A stretch of 64,000 nucleotides of DNA, from positions 7,560 through 71,559 of the forward strand of contig CAZBBT010000003.1 in NCBI GenBank assembly GCA_964490065.1, written 5' to 3'. Origin of the DNA: an uncultured Mesorhizobium sp. (lineage in GTDB: Bacteria; Pseudomonadota; Alphaproteobacteria; Rhizobiales; Rhizobiaceae). The position numbers and the translations under genes are program-made. Under the pieces are notes generated by a model. It had not been told where the DNA came from and did not search any database. It saw nothing but the letters and a program-made list of their open reading frames with translations. Below are positions 41,209-51,300 of the stretch, piece after piece. The number at the start of each line of letters is the position of its first letter. Within the stretch, counting starts at the first letter, position 1.

Positions 41209-42477
41209 CTATCCTTTATAGAAATCAGCAAGCGGAATGTTCCCCGCCAGGATTGATTTCGAGCCTTTCTCAGCTTCGCAGATGTCAAGAATGACCAGCA
41301 TGTAGATGCGGATCATATCGAGATAGTCGCTTATCGCGACCCTCTCGTCGGGCATGGTGTTGAATTTGCCGCCCGGGCCGCATACGACGCCTTCGATGTC
41401 GAGCTGGCTCGCCAGATGGGCGGCGTCGGTTCCAAAAAAACAGCAAGGACGGATTGCTCCTGTCGGCTGTTGGGTCCCCCGCACGGCGGCATAAGACCGG
41501 TTTAGGGCTTTGACGATGCGCGCGTTTTTGTCGACTTCGAAGGGCGGCACGCCGTTGTGTTCTTCCGGGACAAGCACCGCTCGCAATCCGCGGTAACGCT
41601 TTTCCAGCTTGTCAAGCACGGCGCGGATTTCAGCAAGCACGGTCTCGACGTTCTGGCTTGGGGCATAGCGAGCCGCGCCCTTGATCTGGCAAAAATCAGC
41701 GACTTGCGGTGGTCGCCGATCGTTGAATTCGCGCCCAAGCGCGCCATGGATGACGCCTATATTGACCCGGTTGATGTCCTGGTGCTCTTGCGTGCGCGCA
41801 CCGTCAAAGACCATGGAGCTAAGCGTCGGGACCACCTCGCAGGCGGCCGCGATCGCATCGACCGCTTCCTCTCGCTTGGACATATGACGCGTCACACCCG
41901 TCAGCTCTATGGTGAACTTCACCGACCCGGCATGCGTTGTCATCGCCGCCAGGTCGGTCGGCTCCGAATTGACGAAATAGTCGGCGCTGATGCCTTGCTT
42001 GATGGCCTCGCGGGTGCCGATGCCGCTTTGGAGTTCGCCGACCACGAAGGTGAGGATGACGTCACCCTTAAGCTTCACGCCGGCCTCGATCAGGGTCTTG
42101 AGGGCGCAAAAATAGGCAGCGTCACCGGCCTTCATGTTGGAAACGCCGATGCCGTAGATGAATTCATCGTCGATGACGCCGCCCCAGGGATCGACCGTCC
42201 AGCCCTCACTGACAGGATTGGTGTCGAGATGGCCGTTGAACAGCAGCGATGAACCGCCGCCCGAACCGCGCAACACGCCGATGGCGTTGTGCCTGTCGCC
42301 TGGCACCGGATGGAGCTTTGCGTCCATGCCCAGCTCTTGCATGCGCTCGCTCATCCAAAGCGCAAGCTCGCGCTCGCCTGCGGTCTGTGTGCGGCTGTCG
42401 TGCCTGACCATGTCGCGCAAAAACGTGAGGCTCGCCTCGATATCGAGCGATTCAACAATGGCAGTGCGGTCAAGCAT
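41209..42477 (-). CDS. M20 family metallo-hydrolase (ArgE/DapE-like)
   Basis: LLFNGHLDT, YGIGVSNMKAG and GPG...PDE. Confidence 0.87.
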   Translation of the reverse strand: MLDRTAIVESLDIEASLTFLRDMVRHDSRTQTAGERELALWMSERMQELGMDAKLHPVPGDRHNAIGVLRGSGGGSSLLFNGHLDTNPVSEGWTVDPWGGVIDDEFIYGIGVSNMKAGDAAYFCALKTLIEAGVKLKGDVILTFVVGELQSGIGTREAIKQGISADYFVNSEPTDLAAMTTHAGSVKFTIELTGVTRHMSKREEAVDAIAAACEVVPTLSSMVFDGARTQEHQDINRVNIGVIHGALGREFNDRRPPQVADFCQIKGAARYAPSQNVETVLAEIRAVLDKLEKRYRGLRAVLVPEEHNGVPPFEVDKNARIVKALNRSYAAVRGTQQPTGAIRPCCFFGTDAAHLASQLDIEGVVCGPGGKFNTMPDERVAISDYLDMIRIYMLVILDICEAEKGSKSILAGNIPLADFYKG

Positions 42478-42633
42478 GAAAATTTTGCCTTTTCAATCTT
42501 CTCGGGTGTCTCATTGCTTCCAACGCTTTTATATATCCTGTATAGAAAAAGCAAGCTGGTCTGAAAGCGCGGCTTGCGCTACGACAAGACATGTTGGCGC
42601 CGAGAACGGCGCCGGCTATTGAAGGAGAGGCAA

Positions 42634-43395
42634 ATGGCGATCGCACGAGGCTTGGACGAAGACGGCGTTTCTCTTCGCGTGCGGCCCTCGCCGCTTTATG
42701 AGCAGATAAAAGAAGAGATCCGCCAACGCATCGGCGCCGGCATCTGGCCTACGGGCACAGTCCTTCCGAGCGAAAACGACCTGGCGTCTTCATTGGGGGT
42801 GGCGGTCGGCACGGTGCGTCGCGCGCTGAAGGATCTGGCAATCGATGGCATCGTGGCGCGGCGACCGAAAACCGGAACGGTCGTGACAGGCCGCACGCCA
42901 CACCATCGCCTGGAGATGTGTTTCCGCTATTTCCGCCTGCACGGCCCCGGCGATTCCTTGCATACATCCCATAGTCGGGTGATCAGCTTCGAGCGCAGAC
43001 CCGCCTCGCGGGAAGAGACAGTACGCCTCGAACTGGGCGACGGTGCCGAAATCTGTCGCGTGAGGCGTGTCCGCCTCGTCGATACACAGCCGATCATGTG
43101 GGACGACATCATGTTGCCGGGCACTCTCGTGCCCGAAATTCGCACCGCCGACGATCTGCCAGCAGCTCTGTCCAGCTATCTGCTGGATCGCCATGGAATG
43201 CGCATCACCGCTCAGCGCGAAAAACTTTCCGCCGACCTGGCCAACAGCGATGACCGGCGCTTTCTGGAAAAGAAGGGGCAGTTTGCCGTTTTGGTGATCG
43301 ACGCCGTCTCGTTCAATCATCTGGGGCGCCCGCTGATGAGCTCACATCATCGCGCCGTTACCGGCAGCTTCAAATACATCAATGAGGTCAGCTGA
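42634..43395 (+). CDS. GntR family regulator, HutC/UTRA subfamily (copy 2)
   Basis: Paralog of 25442-26281 sharing YFRLHGPGD, AQREKLSA and HHRAVT..FKY.NE.S. Confidence 0.9.
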   Translation: MAIARGLDEDGVSLRVRPSPLYEQIKEEIRQRIGAGIWPTGTVLPSENDLASSLGVAVGTVRRALKDLAIDGIVARRPKTGTVVTGRTPHHRLEMCFRYFRLHGPGDSLHTSHSRVISFERRPASREETVRLELGDGAEICRVRRVRLVDTQPIMWDDIMLPGTLVPEIRTADDLPAALSSYLLDRHGMRITAQREKLSADLANSDDRRFLEKKGQFAVLVIDAVSFNHLGRPLMSSHHRAVTGSFKYINEVS

Positions 43396-43495
43396 GCCCG
43401 AGGCCTCTCCGATCCGCTTCGGCTGCCCTTTCGGGCCTTGGCCGCACAACCCGTAAGCGCCCGTGGAAACGTGAACGCCAACCAATGAGTGCAAA

Positions 43496-44215
43496 ATGAA
43501 ATCTGGCAGCTTGGAAGTTTATTATTGGACGACGCCGAACGGGCACAAAATCACCATCATGCTGGAGGAATGCGGGCTCGATTACACAATCGTTCCCGTC
43601 AATATCAGCAAGGGCGAACAGTTCGAGCCTGCCTTCTTGAAGATCAGCCCGAACAACCGCATACCCGCGCTGGTAGACCATGTCCCGCCCGGCGAAGGCG
43701 GACCTGTTTCGGTCTTTGAATCGGGAGCAATCCTGCTTTATCTGGCGGAACGATGCGGCGGCCGCTACGCTGGATCGTCTGTTGGCGAGCGTTATCAAGT
43801 CCTCCAGTGGCTGATGTGGCAGATGGGCGGCCTTGGCCCGATGGCCGGCCAAAACCATCACTTTGCGCACTATGCGCCGCAAAAGATTCCCTACGCCATC
43901 GAACGCTACATCCGTGAAACCGCGAGACTGTACGGTGTCTTGGATCGCCGGCTCACGACGTCACCATTTATCGCAGGCGACGACTACTCGGTTGCCGATA
44001 TTGCCTGCTACCCATGGATACGCTCCCATCAAAGACAATCGCAGGCGCTGGAAGACTTTCCCTCGCTACGGCGCTGGTTTGTCGAACTGTCGCAGCGGCG
44101 TGCGGTCAAACGCGCCTATGAGATCGCAGATGAAATAAACCAGGCGCCTACGGTATCGGAGCAGAGCCGGAAATTCCTGTTTGGACAAGCAGCCGCGGGA
44201 AGATCCGGCTCCTGA
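43496..44215 (+). CDS. Glutathione S-transferase, YfcG/YghU (Nu class)
   Basis: TPNGHK, ISPNNRIPA, FESGAILLYLAE and MGGLGPMAGQNHHF. Confidence 0.92.
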   Translation: MKSGSLEVYYWTTPNGHKITIMLEECGLDYTIVPVNISKGEQFEPAFLKISPNNRIPALVDHVPPGEGGPVSVFESGAILLYLAERCGGRYAGSSVGERYQVLQWLMWQMGGLGPMAGQNHHFAHYAPQKIPYAIERYIRETARLYGVLDRRLTTSPFIAGDDYSVADIACYPWIRSHQRQSQALEDFPSLRRWFVELSQRRAVKRAYEIADEINQAPTVSEQSRKFLFGQAAAGRSGS

Positions 44216-44559
44216 CATTTGGTGAAATTTCATCGAAATCGGCCCCGATTGCATCGAAGCTGCGCTGCGCGCGGCCTGGTCGGCGTGGCCAAAGAGCGCT
44301 CGCATTGCGCTCAACCGGCGACAGCGTCTCAAGGCGCGCCCATCGATAGCACCGAACGGACGCAGTGGCGGCGCTCGGCAACGCGGCGCGGTTCGCGCTC
44401 GAAATCGACCAGATAGGGTTGGCTGCTGAGCAACTGAATACAATGCACCGAGCGGCTGCGGACGGACAGGAAACTTGCTTCGCAGTTGGCGCAGCATGAT
44501 GTGCGCATGTTGCTGGTGCAAATGCGTGGACGACATTTGGCGGCAGCAAAGTTGCGGCG

Positions 44560-44823
44560 CGGGCCAGCCGCTCGTTTTCGCGCCGGGCGAGGCTGTCAAC
44601 GTATCGAAACGGGTAGGCGGCGAATCGTTCCTCGATGGCGACTTCACGGGACAAGCCCTGCGATGCGCTGTCACGAGGAGTGGAATTGCTGCACCTTGCC
44701 GGCCATTTCCGCTATGAGCCCACGCGGCCGTACGGCCCAGCGCTGATCCTTGGTGACGGCTCCGAACTGACCCTGGCGAGGCTGACCGGCCCAGACTACG
44801 ATTTTTCGACGTTGCAGCTGTAG
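44560..44823 (+). pseudogene. Degraded CHAT (caspase-like) domain remnant
   Basis: Across a frameshift: GGESFLDGDFTGQAL then LLHLAGHFRYEP...LILGDGSELTL, ending before the catalytic Cys. Confidence 0.45.
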
Positions 44824-44889
44824 GCTGCGCCGCAACCCGACCGCAAGGCGTTTCCCGTTTGGTTCCTGAAGCAAAAGCGGCGAGACTAC

Positions 44890-45012
44890 AAAGCACAACG
44901 CCCGCCGCACGACGAGGCGCGGCGGGCGTCATTTAAGTGATCGACAAAACGGGAGGAGATGATTGTCGACCTATTCGTCAGTTTCCGGGAGGAGGTGGAT
45001 CCCGACGAAATC
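44890..45012 (-). ncRNA. Cuckoo/alpha-r14 (NfeR1-like) sRNA
   Basis: Three stem-loops on the minus strand: loop CCTCCTCCC (stem TTCGTC/GACGAA), loop TCTCCTCCC (stem TCGACAA/TTGTCGA) and a GC-rich final hairpin. Confidence 0.72.
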
Positions 45013-45218
45013 CAATATACTCAGTGTATATCGTCCGAGGGATCGCTCCACTGTCTTTTTTGCATAGCAGCATTGCATTGTTGCGATGCAACATTCCCTT
45101 GAACGGGGTCGGACGGCACCGGCACGCCGGACGTAAAAAACGCATCAAGGCCGTCGCGCTGGCTTCGACACGTTACAAGTATGTGCTTTTGCGTTACGGC
45201 CTGTCTCGAAAGAAAAAC

Positions 45219-45440
45219 TCAGGCGGACTCGCCGTCGAAGTTTACGCCAAAACCTGCTTCGATTGCAGTCTCGGCAATCATGGTGGTGAGTTCCGTGTCG
45301 GTCAAGTCACACCGGGGAACGGCCTTATGGATCGCATTCTTCGCGGCCGTGATAGAGATCGCTTTCGCGTCAGAGCGCTTCCGAAGATGGCCCAGGATCG
45401 TCTGCCGAACTTCCAAAGAGAGACGATTTTTCGGGTTCAT
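45219..45440 (-). CDS. Small hypothetical protein (73 aa)
   Basis: RBS GGAGGT then MNPKNRLSLEVRQ...; protein-like composition. Confidence 0.55.
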   Translation of the reverse strand: MNPKNRLSLEVRQTILGHLRKRSDAKAISITAAKNAIHKAVPRCDLTDTELTTMIAETAIEAGFGVNFDGESA

Positions 45441-46121
45441 CGCCACCTCCATAACAAGACATCTTATATCGGAGCGATGGCGAGTCCATACCAATCTGTT
45501 GCCTTGGGCCAGATCGCCATGGTTTGGCGTGCAAGCGCATTTTGCATGTCGTTTTGCTGGCAACAAAGCAAAGTCGTCGGTCATGCCACGACGGCGGGCG
45601 ATCCAACCCAAAACATTCCTGTGACAGGGCCAGGACCGCTAAGTTTCACGGCCGTCGATGCCAGCCCTACGGCCGATCGGTGCCATCGATCCAAGCTCAC
45701 CGATCGATAACCATCCAGTATTGGCAATGGCGACGGGCAGATGCCCGCGCTCGTCGTCACCGACGATGGCAATGTCATCGCGAAGCGTGGTGGCCCGAGC
45801 GCAGCTGCGCGGCACTGGGCGTGAATTCTCCACCGGGCCAAGGTCGTCGCCGAGCTTGTCCAAATCACGTCGCAGGCGGCCACCGATATCAATGTCGTGC
45901 GGGCGATTGTGGCTTGGAAGGACCGCCGCGGATGGCGAGTGTCGGTGGCTGTGCCGCTGGCGCGCTGCGGCTGACAAGGGAAGCTGCGCCGCGGTCTTTT
46001 TGCGATTGCCCGGTACAATCGATGGGTTGTTGACCGCGCCCTTGTCCGCCTTGCCCTTCGCGGCCTTCGTTTCCTGCCCGAGGGTCTGGGCGGGAACCAA
46101 AAGAATGGAGCGCGAGACAAG

Positions 46122-47015
46122 ATGCAAAAGGCAGAACTGCAAGTGCTGAAGGACAAGGTGTCCTGCGCAGCCGTATTGCAGCATGAGGGCTTTGCCCTGG
46201 ATGTGAAGGAGAGCACACGCAAGGCGATGAAATATCGCCGCGAGGCGGCGATCGTCATCGTCACCCATGGCGGCAAGGGCTGGTTCGACCCGCTCTCGGA
46301 CGCCAAGGGCGACGTCTTCACCTTGCTCGAGCATTTGAAGGGATGCTCCTTCGTGGAAGCGATGACCGAGGTAGCGGAACTGGTCGGCTTTGTCCCCTCC
46401 GCGCCGGTCTGGCCGCACGCTTCCCGCGGCAGAAAGCCGGACCGTTCCGTTGCCGAGCGCTGGCTGGCGCGGTGCCGGCCGTGGCGCGGATCGGCGACCT
46501 GGCGCTATCTCGCTGAGGTGCGCGACCTTCCCGTGCCCATCATCCACGCAGCGACCGCGGCCGACCTGCTGCGCGAGGGACCGCGTGGCAGCATGTGGGC
46601 GGCCCACAGCGATGCCAGTGGCACAATCACCGGCTGGGAAGAGCGCGGGCCGGACTGGCGCGGCTTCGCCACCGGCGGCGCCAAGCTGCTGTTTCGGTTC
46701 GGTCCTGGTGACGCGTCCCGGATCTGCGTGACCGAGGCGGCGATCGACGCCATGAGCCTTGCCGCGCTCGAAGGGATGCGCAACGACACGCTCTATCTCA
46801 GCACCGGCGGCGGCTGGTCACCGGCCACGACCACGGCACTTTCGGCTGTCGCGGCAAGGCCAGGCGGCCGCCTTGTCGCCGCCACCGACAACAACAGCCA
46901 GGGCGATGCCTATGCCGGCCGGCTGGTCGCGCTCGCCGCCGAGGCCGGCTGCGACGCCGAAAGGCTGCGCCCCTTGGCAGATGACTGGAACGCCGATCTG
47001 AAAAACCTCGGATAG
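46122..47015 (+). CDS. DUF3991/toprim domain plasmid protein
   Basis: VTEAAIDAMSLAALE, ATDNNSQG and DWN toprim motifs. Confidence 0.85.
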   Translation: MQKAELQVLKDKVSCAAVLQHEGFALDVKESTRKAMKYRREAAIVIVTHGGKGWFDPLSDAKGDVFTLLEHLKGCSFVEAMTEVAELVGFVPSAPVWPHASRGRKPDRSVAERWLARCRPWRGSATWRYLAEVRDLPVPIIHAATAADLLREGPRGSMWAAHSDASGTITGWEERGPDWRGFATGGAKLLFRFGPGDASRICVTEAAIDAMSLAALEGMRNDTLYLSTGGGWSPATTTALSAVAARPGGRLVAATDNNSQGDAYAGRLVALAAEAGCDAERLRPLADDWNADLKNLG

Positions 47016-47218
47016 GAAAGGAAGGAAGAGAAAAGGGAGGCCTGCTGCCGCATACCCGCCTGCCGCGTCAAGGGTGAAGCTTCGCCCGGCTGACGCCGGC
47101 CCATGACCCAGCCGGACGGAGATGCAGCCGCGGGGGAGGGGTCCGGAAGGGCCGAAGATGATGGTGACCCAGAAGGGTTGAACCGCGCTCCGGCCCGGAC
47201 AAGGCGTGGGAGCCTGCC

Positions 47219-47821
47219 ATGACCCTTCGATCCTCCATCCGCAAGATCTATTTCGGCGTCGCCGACCGGCGGCAGATGTATCGCCTGTTCGACCGCCATG
47301 CCGAGCGGCCGGACCGTCGGCAGGGCGACGACAGCGCGCTGTTCGCCGGCGAGTGGTTTGAGCTGGGCAGGGCCGAGCACGACCATATGCTCGACCTCTT
47401 GCCGCCGCTCTGGATCCGCGGCGAGATGTTCGCCCTCAGCGAATTCCTCACCGGCAGCGTCACCAGTGTCTTCTACAGGCTCAGGATCGACGGCAGGACG
47501 CGCTGCTTCCACGCCTATTGCGACCTGGCGCAGGCAGATTCGCCGCTCGCTGCGCGCGACGCCATCGTCGAGCGCGAGTCCCGGCCGGTGAAGGCGATGA
47601 CGCTTGAGGAGCGGCTCGAACACATCTGGAGCGCCACGCAGGACGACTATCGCGGCTATGCGGGGGATCGCTTCCCGGCCCGGCATCGCGGCAAGCGCAC
47701 CGTGCTGGTCTATAGCGCCGGGCGAACCGAACTGAAGCTGCTCGAAGACCTCACCGATGACGAGGTCGCGGCCAAGCTGCCGGTGCATCTGAGGCACCTG
47801 CCACTTCCGACAGCGGCATGA
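47219..47821 (+). CDS. DUF1419 family plasmid protein
   Basis: Recognised rhizobial plasmid backbone sequence (GEWFE, LPPLWIRGEMFA..EF) and synteny. Confidence 0.7.
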   Translation: MTLRSSIRKIYFGVADRRQMYRLFDRHAERPDRRQGDDSALFAGEWFELGRAEHDHMLDLLPPLWIRGEMFALSEFLTGSVTSVFYRLRIDGRTRCFHAYCDLAQADSPLAARDAIVERESRPVKAMTLEERLEHIWSATQDDYRGYAGDRFPARHRGKRTVLVYSAGRTELKLLEDLTDDEVAAKLPVHLRHLPLPTAA

Positions 47822-47831
47822 GGGGGCGGCG

Positions 47832-48230
47832 ATGTTCACCTTCCCCATCCTAGCCGTGCGCAAGGTTGTCGAGCGCGGGATTGCGGACGCCGACGCCAAT
47901 GGCGGCTTCCGCAATCCCTATTACGGCACCCGCCCCGGCGAGGGCGAGAAGCCCGGCCTGTGGCTGGTCGGCGACCAGGGCGTCTACATCATGTCCAACG
48001 GCAGGCTCGCCGAAGGCGCGCGAGCCCTCGTCGTCTATGCCGAGCAATGTCATCCTGCAGGCAATCCCGATTGGTGGGACTACAAGCGCCGCCATTTCGG
48101 CGGCGATGACGGCATCGAGTTCATCGAGGCGGGGCGGCTGATCCCGCTCTTCGACCGCCATATGCGGGCAACGCATCTCAACATCGAACTCACCGAGACC
48201 GAGATCGCGCTCTCGCTGATCACCCGCTGA
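47832..48230 (+). CDS. DUF3085 family protein
   Basis: LWLVGDQGVYIMSN and FGGDDGIEFI. Confidence 0.78.
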   Translation: MFTFPILAVRKVVERGIADADANGGFRNPYYGTRPGEGEKPGLWLVGDQGVYIMSNGRLAEGARALVVYAEQCHPAGNPDWWDYKRRHFGGDDGIEFIEAGRLIPLFDRHMRATHLNIELTETEIALSLITR

Positions 48231-48312
48231 CCTTTCCGAAATCCGCACCGTCCACTGGCCGACCCTCCTCGGCCGGGGTTTGCCCGCGCCTTTTCCTCAA
48301 GGAGACATCATA

Positions 48313-51300
48313 ATGTCCAACGACGATCCCTTCACCCTCGACCTGTTCGACAACACCGCGCTGTCGACGGGCCTCGGCCTCGGCGTCACCGCCTTCGGCG
48401 GCGACTTCGGCCCCGGCGAACCGGAAACTGGCACGACGCCTCCGGCGTGCGAAGCGCGGCAACCGTCGATCGGTACGCCGCTGCCGTGTCGACCTGGCGG
48501 AGGGCGGAAAGCCCCGGCGCGCGGCGAGAACTTCTTTCTCGAGGGCACGCGCGGCCTCGCCAAGGGCTGGAAGCAGCGCGCGCTCGACAATTTGGCGGCC
48601 ATCCGGCTCGCCGCCGACATTGAGGCCGAGGATCGCCCGGCGACGCGCGAGGAACAGGCGCGGCTGATCCGTTTCACCGGCTTCGGCGCCTCCGACTTGG
48701 CGAATGCCGTGTTCCGGCGTCCCGGCGAAGTCGGGTTTCAAGCCGGCTGGGATGACATCGGCACGGCGCTCGAGGAGGCGGTTACTCATGGGGATTACGC
48801 GTCGCTGGCGCGCTGCACGCAATATGCGCATTTCACGCCCGAGTTCATCGTTCGCGCGATCTGGGCAGGCCTCCTGCGCCTCGGCTGGCGCGGCGGCAGG
48901 GTACTCGAACCCGGCTTCGGCACCGGCCTGTTCCAGGCACTGATGCCGGCCGACCTGCGCGACCGGGTGCATTTTACCGGCGTCGAGCTCGACCCGGTGA
49001 CGGCGCGCATCGCCCGGTTGCTGCAGCCGCGTGCTCGCATCGTCAATGCCGATTTCGCCCGCGTCGACCTCAAGGCGTTTTTCGATCTTGCCATCGGCAA
49101 TCCGCCGTTTTCCGATCGCACCGTCCGCTCCGACCGTGCTTATCGCGCGATGGGCCTGCGCCTCCACGACTACTTCATCGCCCGCTCGATCGATCTCCTG
49201 AAGCCCGGCGGGCTCGCCGCCTTCGTCACCAGCGCCGGCACTTTGGACAAGGCGGACTGTTCGGCGCGCGAGCACATCGGGAAATCGGCCGATCTCGTCG
49301 CCGCCATCCGCCTGCCGGAAGGCAGTTTTCGCCAGGACGCCGGCACCGAAGTGGTGGTCGACATCCTCTTCTTCCGGAAGAGGAAGCCGGACGAGGTCGA
49401 GGGCGACGTCGCCTGGCTCGACACCGACGAGGTCCGCGCGGCCGACGGCGACGATGGCGCGATCCGCGTCAACCGCTGGTTCGCCCGCCATCCCGATTTC
49501 GTGCTCGGCACGCACGCCACGACGTCCGGGCCGTTCGGCGAAGCCTACACCTGCCTGCCATATCCGGGCCAGGACCTCGCTCAGACTCTGTCGCAGGCAA
49601 TCTTTCTTCTTCCGGAAGCCATTTATGACGGCGAGCCGGAGGTCATCGACCTCGACGACGAAGCTTCCGAAGACCTCGGTGACGACCGTGGTGGCAGCCC
49701 CACGGTCCGCGAGGGCAGCTTCTTCATCGGCCAGAATACCGCGCTGATGCAGATGGTCGACGGCGCGCCCGTGACCATCACCGTGCGTAAGGGCCGCACT
49801 GCCGAAGGGGTGCCGGACAAGCATGCCCGCATCGTCCGCAAGCTGATCCCGGTCCGCGACGCGGTGCGAGAGGTGCTGAAGGCCCAGGAGCTCGACCGGC
49901 CGTGGGGGCAGGCGCAGGTCAAGCTGCGCATCGCCTGGTCGAATTTTGTCCGCGCCTTCGGCCCGATCAACACGACCGTGGTATCGACCAGCGAGGACCC
50001 GGAGACGGGCGAGGTTCGCGAGACGCATCGCCGCCCGAATCTGCAACCCTTCCTCGACGATCCGGACTGTTGGCTGGTCGCCTCGATCGAGGACTACGAC
50101 CTCGAGACCGACACGGCGCGGCCCGGTCCGATCTTTACCGAACGGGTCATCGCACCGCCAGCGGCGCCGATCATCACCTCGGCCGCCGATGCGCTGGCCG
50201 TCGTGCTCAATGAGCGCGGCCATGTCGATGTCGATCACATCGCCGAGCTGCTGCATGACGATGCCGCATCCGTCATCGACGCGCTGGGCGACGCCATCTT
50301 CCGCGATCCCGAAAGCGGGGCCTGGCAGACCGACGACGCCTATCTGTCCGGCCAGGTCCGCGACAAGCTCAAGGCCGCCGAAGCCGCCGCCGCGCTCGAT
50401 CCGGCCTTCGAGCGCAACGTCCGCGCGCTCGTCGCCGTCCAGCCGGCCGATCTCGGGCCCTCCGACATCACCGCCCGTCTCGGCGCGCCATGGATTCCGG
50501 CCGCCGACGTCGTCGCCTTCGCCAAGGAGATGATGGGCGCCGACATCCGCATCCATCATATGCCCGAACTGGCGTCGTGGGCGGTCGATGCGCGGCAACT
50601 TGGCTGGATGGCCGCGGGCACGTCGGAATGGGGCACGGATCGGCGCCACGCCGGCGAGTTGGTTGCCGACGCGCTGAACAGCCGCGTGCCGCAGATCTTC
50701 GACATCGTCAAGGAGGGCCAAGCCGAAAGGCGTGTGCTCAACGTCGTCGACACCGAGGCGGCCAAGGAGAAGCTGACGAAGATCAAGACGGCGTTCCAGA
50801 CCTGGATCTGGTCCGATCCCGACCGCACCGACCGCCTGGCCCGGGTCTACAACGACCGCTTCAACAATATCGCCCCGCGAAAGTTCAACGGGGACCATCT
50901 GCAACTTCCGGGCGCCTCTGGCGCCTTTTCTCTTTACGGGCACCAGAAGCGCGGCATCTGGCGCATCATTTCCTCCGGGGCGACCTATCTGGCGCACGCC
51001 GTCGGCGCCGGCAAGACCATGACGATCGCCGCCGCCATCATGGAGCAGCGCCGGCTCGGCCTGATCGCCAAGGCGATGCTTGTCGTGCCCGGCCATTGCC
51101 TGGCGCAGACGGCGCGCGAGTTCCTGGCGCTCTATCCGACCGCCCGCATCCTCGTCGCCGACGAGACCAATTTCAGCAAGGACAAGCGGCATCGGTTCCT
51201 GTCACGGGCGGCAACGGCGGCCTGGGACGCCATCGTCATCACGCACTCCGCGTTTCGATTCATCGGCGTGCCCTCCGCCTTCGAGAGCCAAATGATCCAG

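Noticed and set aside
45500-46050. Overlapping ORFs upstream of the toprim gene
   Set aside because: No frame gives a recognisable protein
48220-51192. 990-aa minus-strand ORF and similar long antisense ORFs (19548-21215, 37218-38837)
   Set aside because: Shadow ORFs of GC-rich genes with no recognisable motifs
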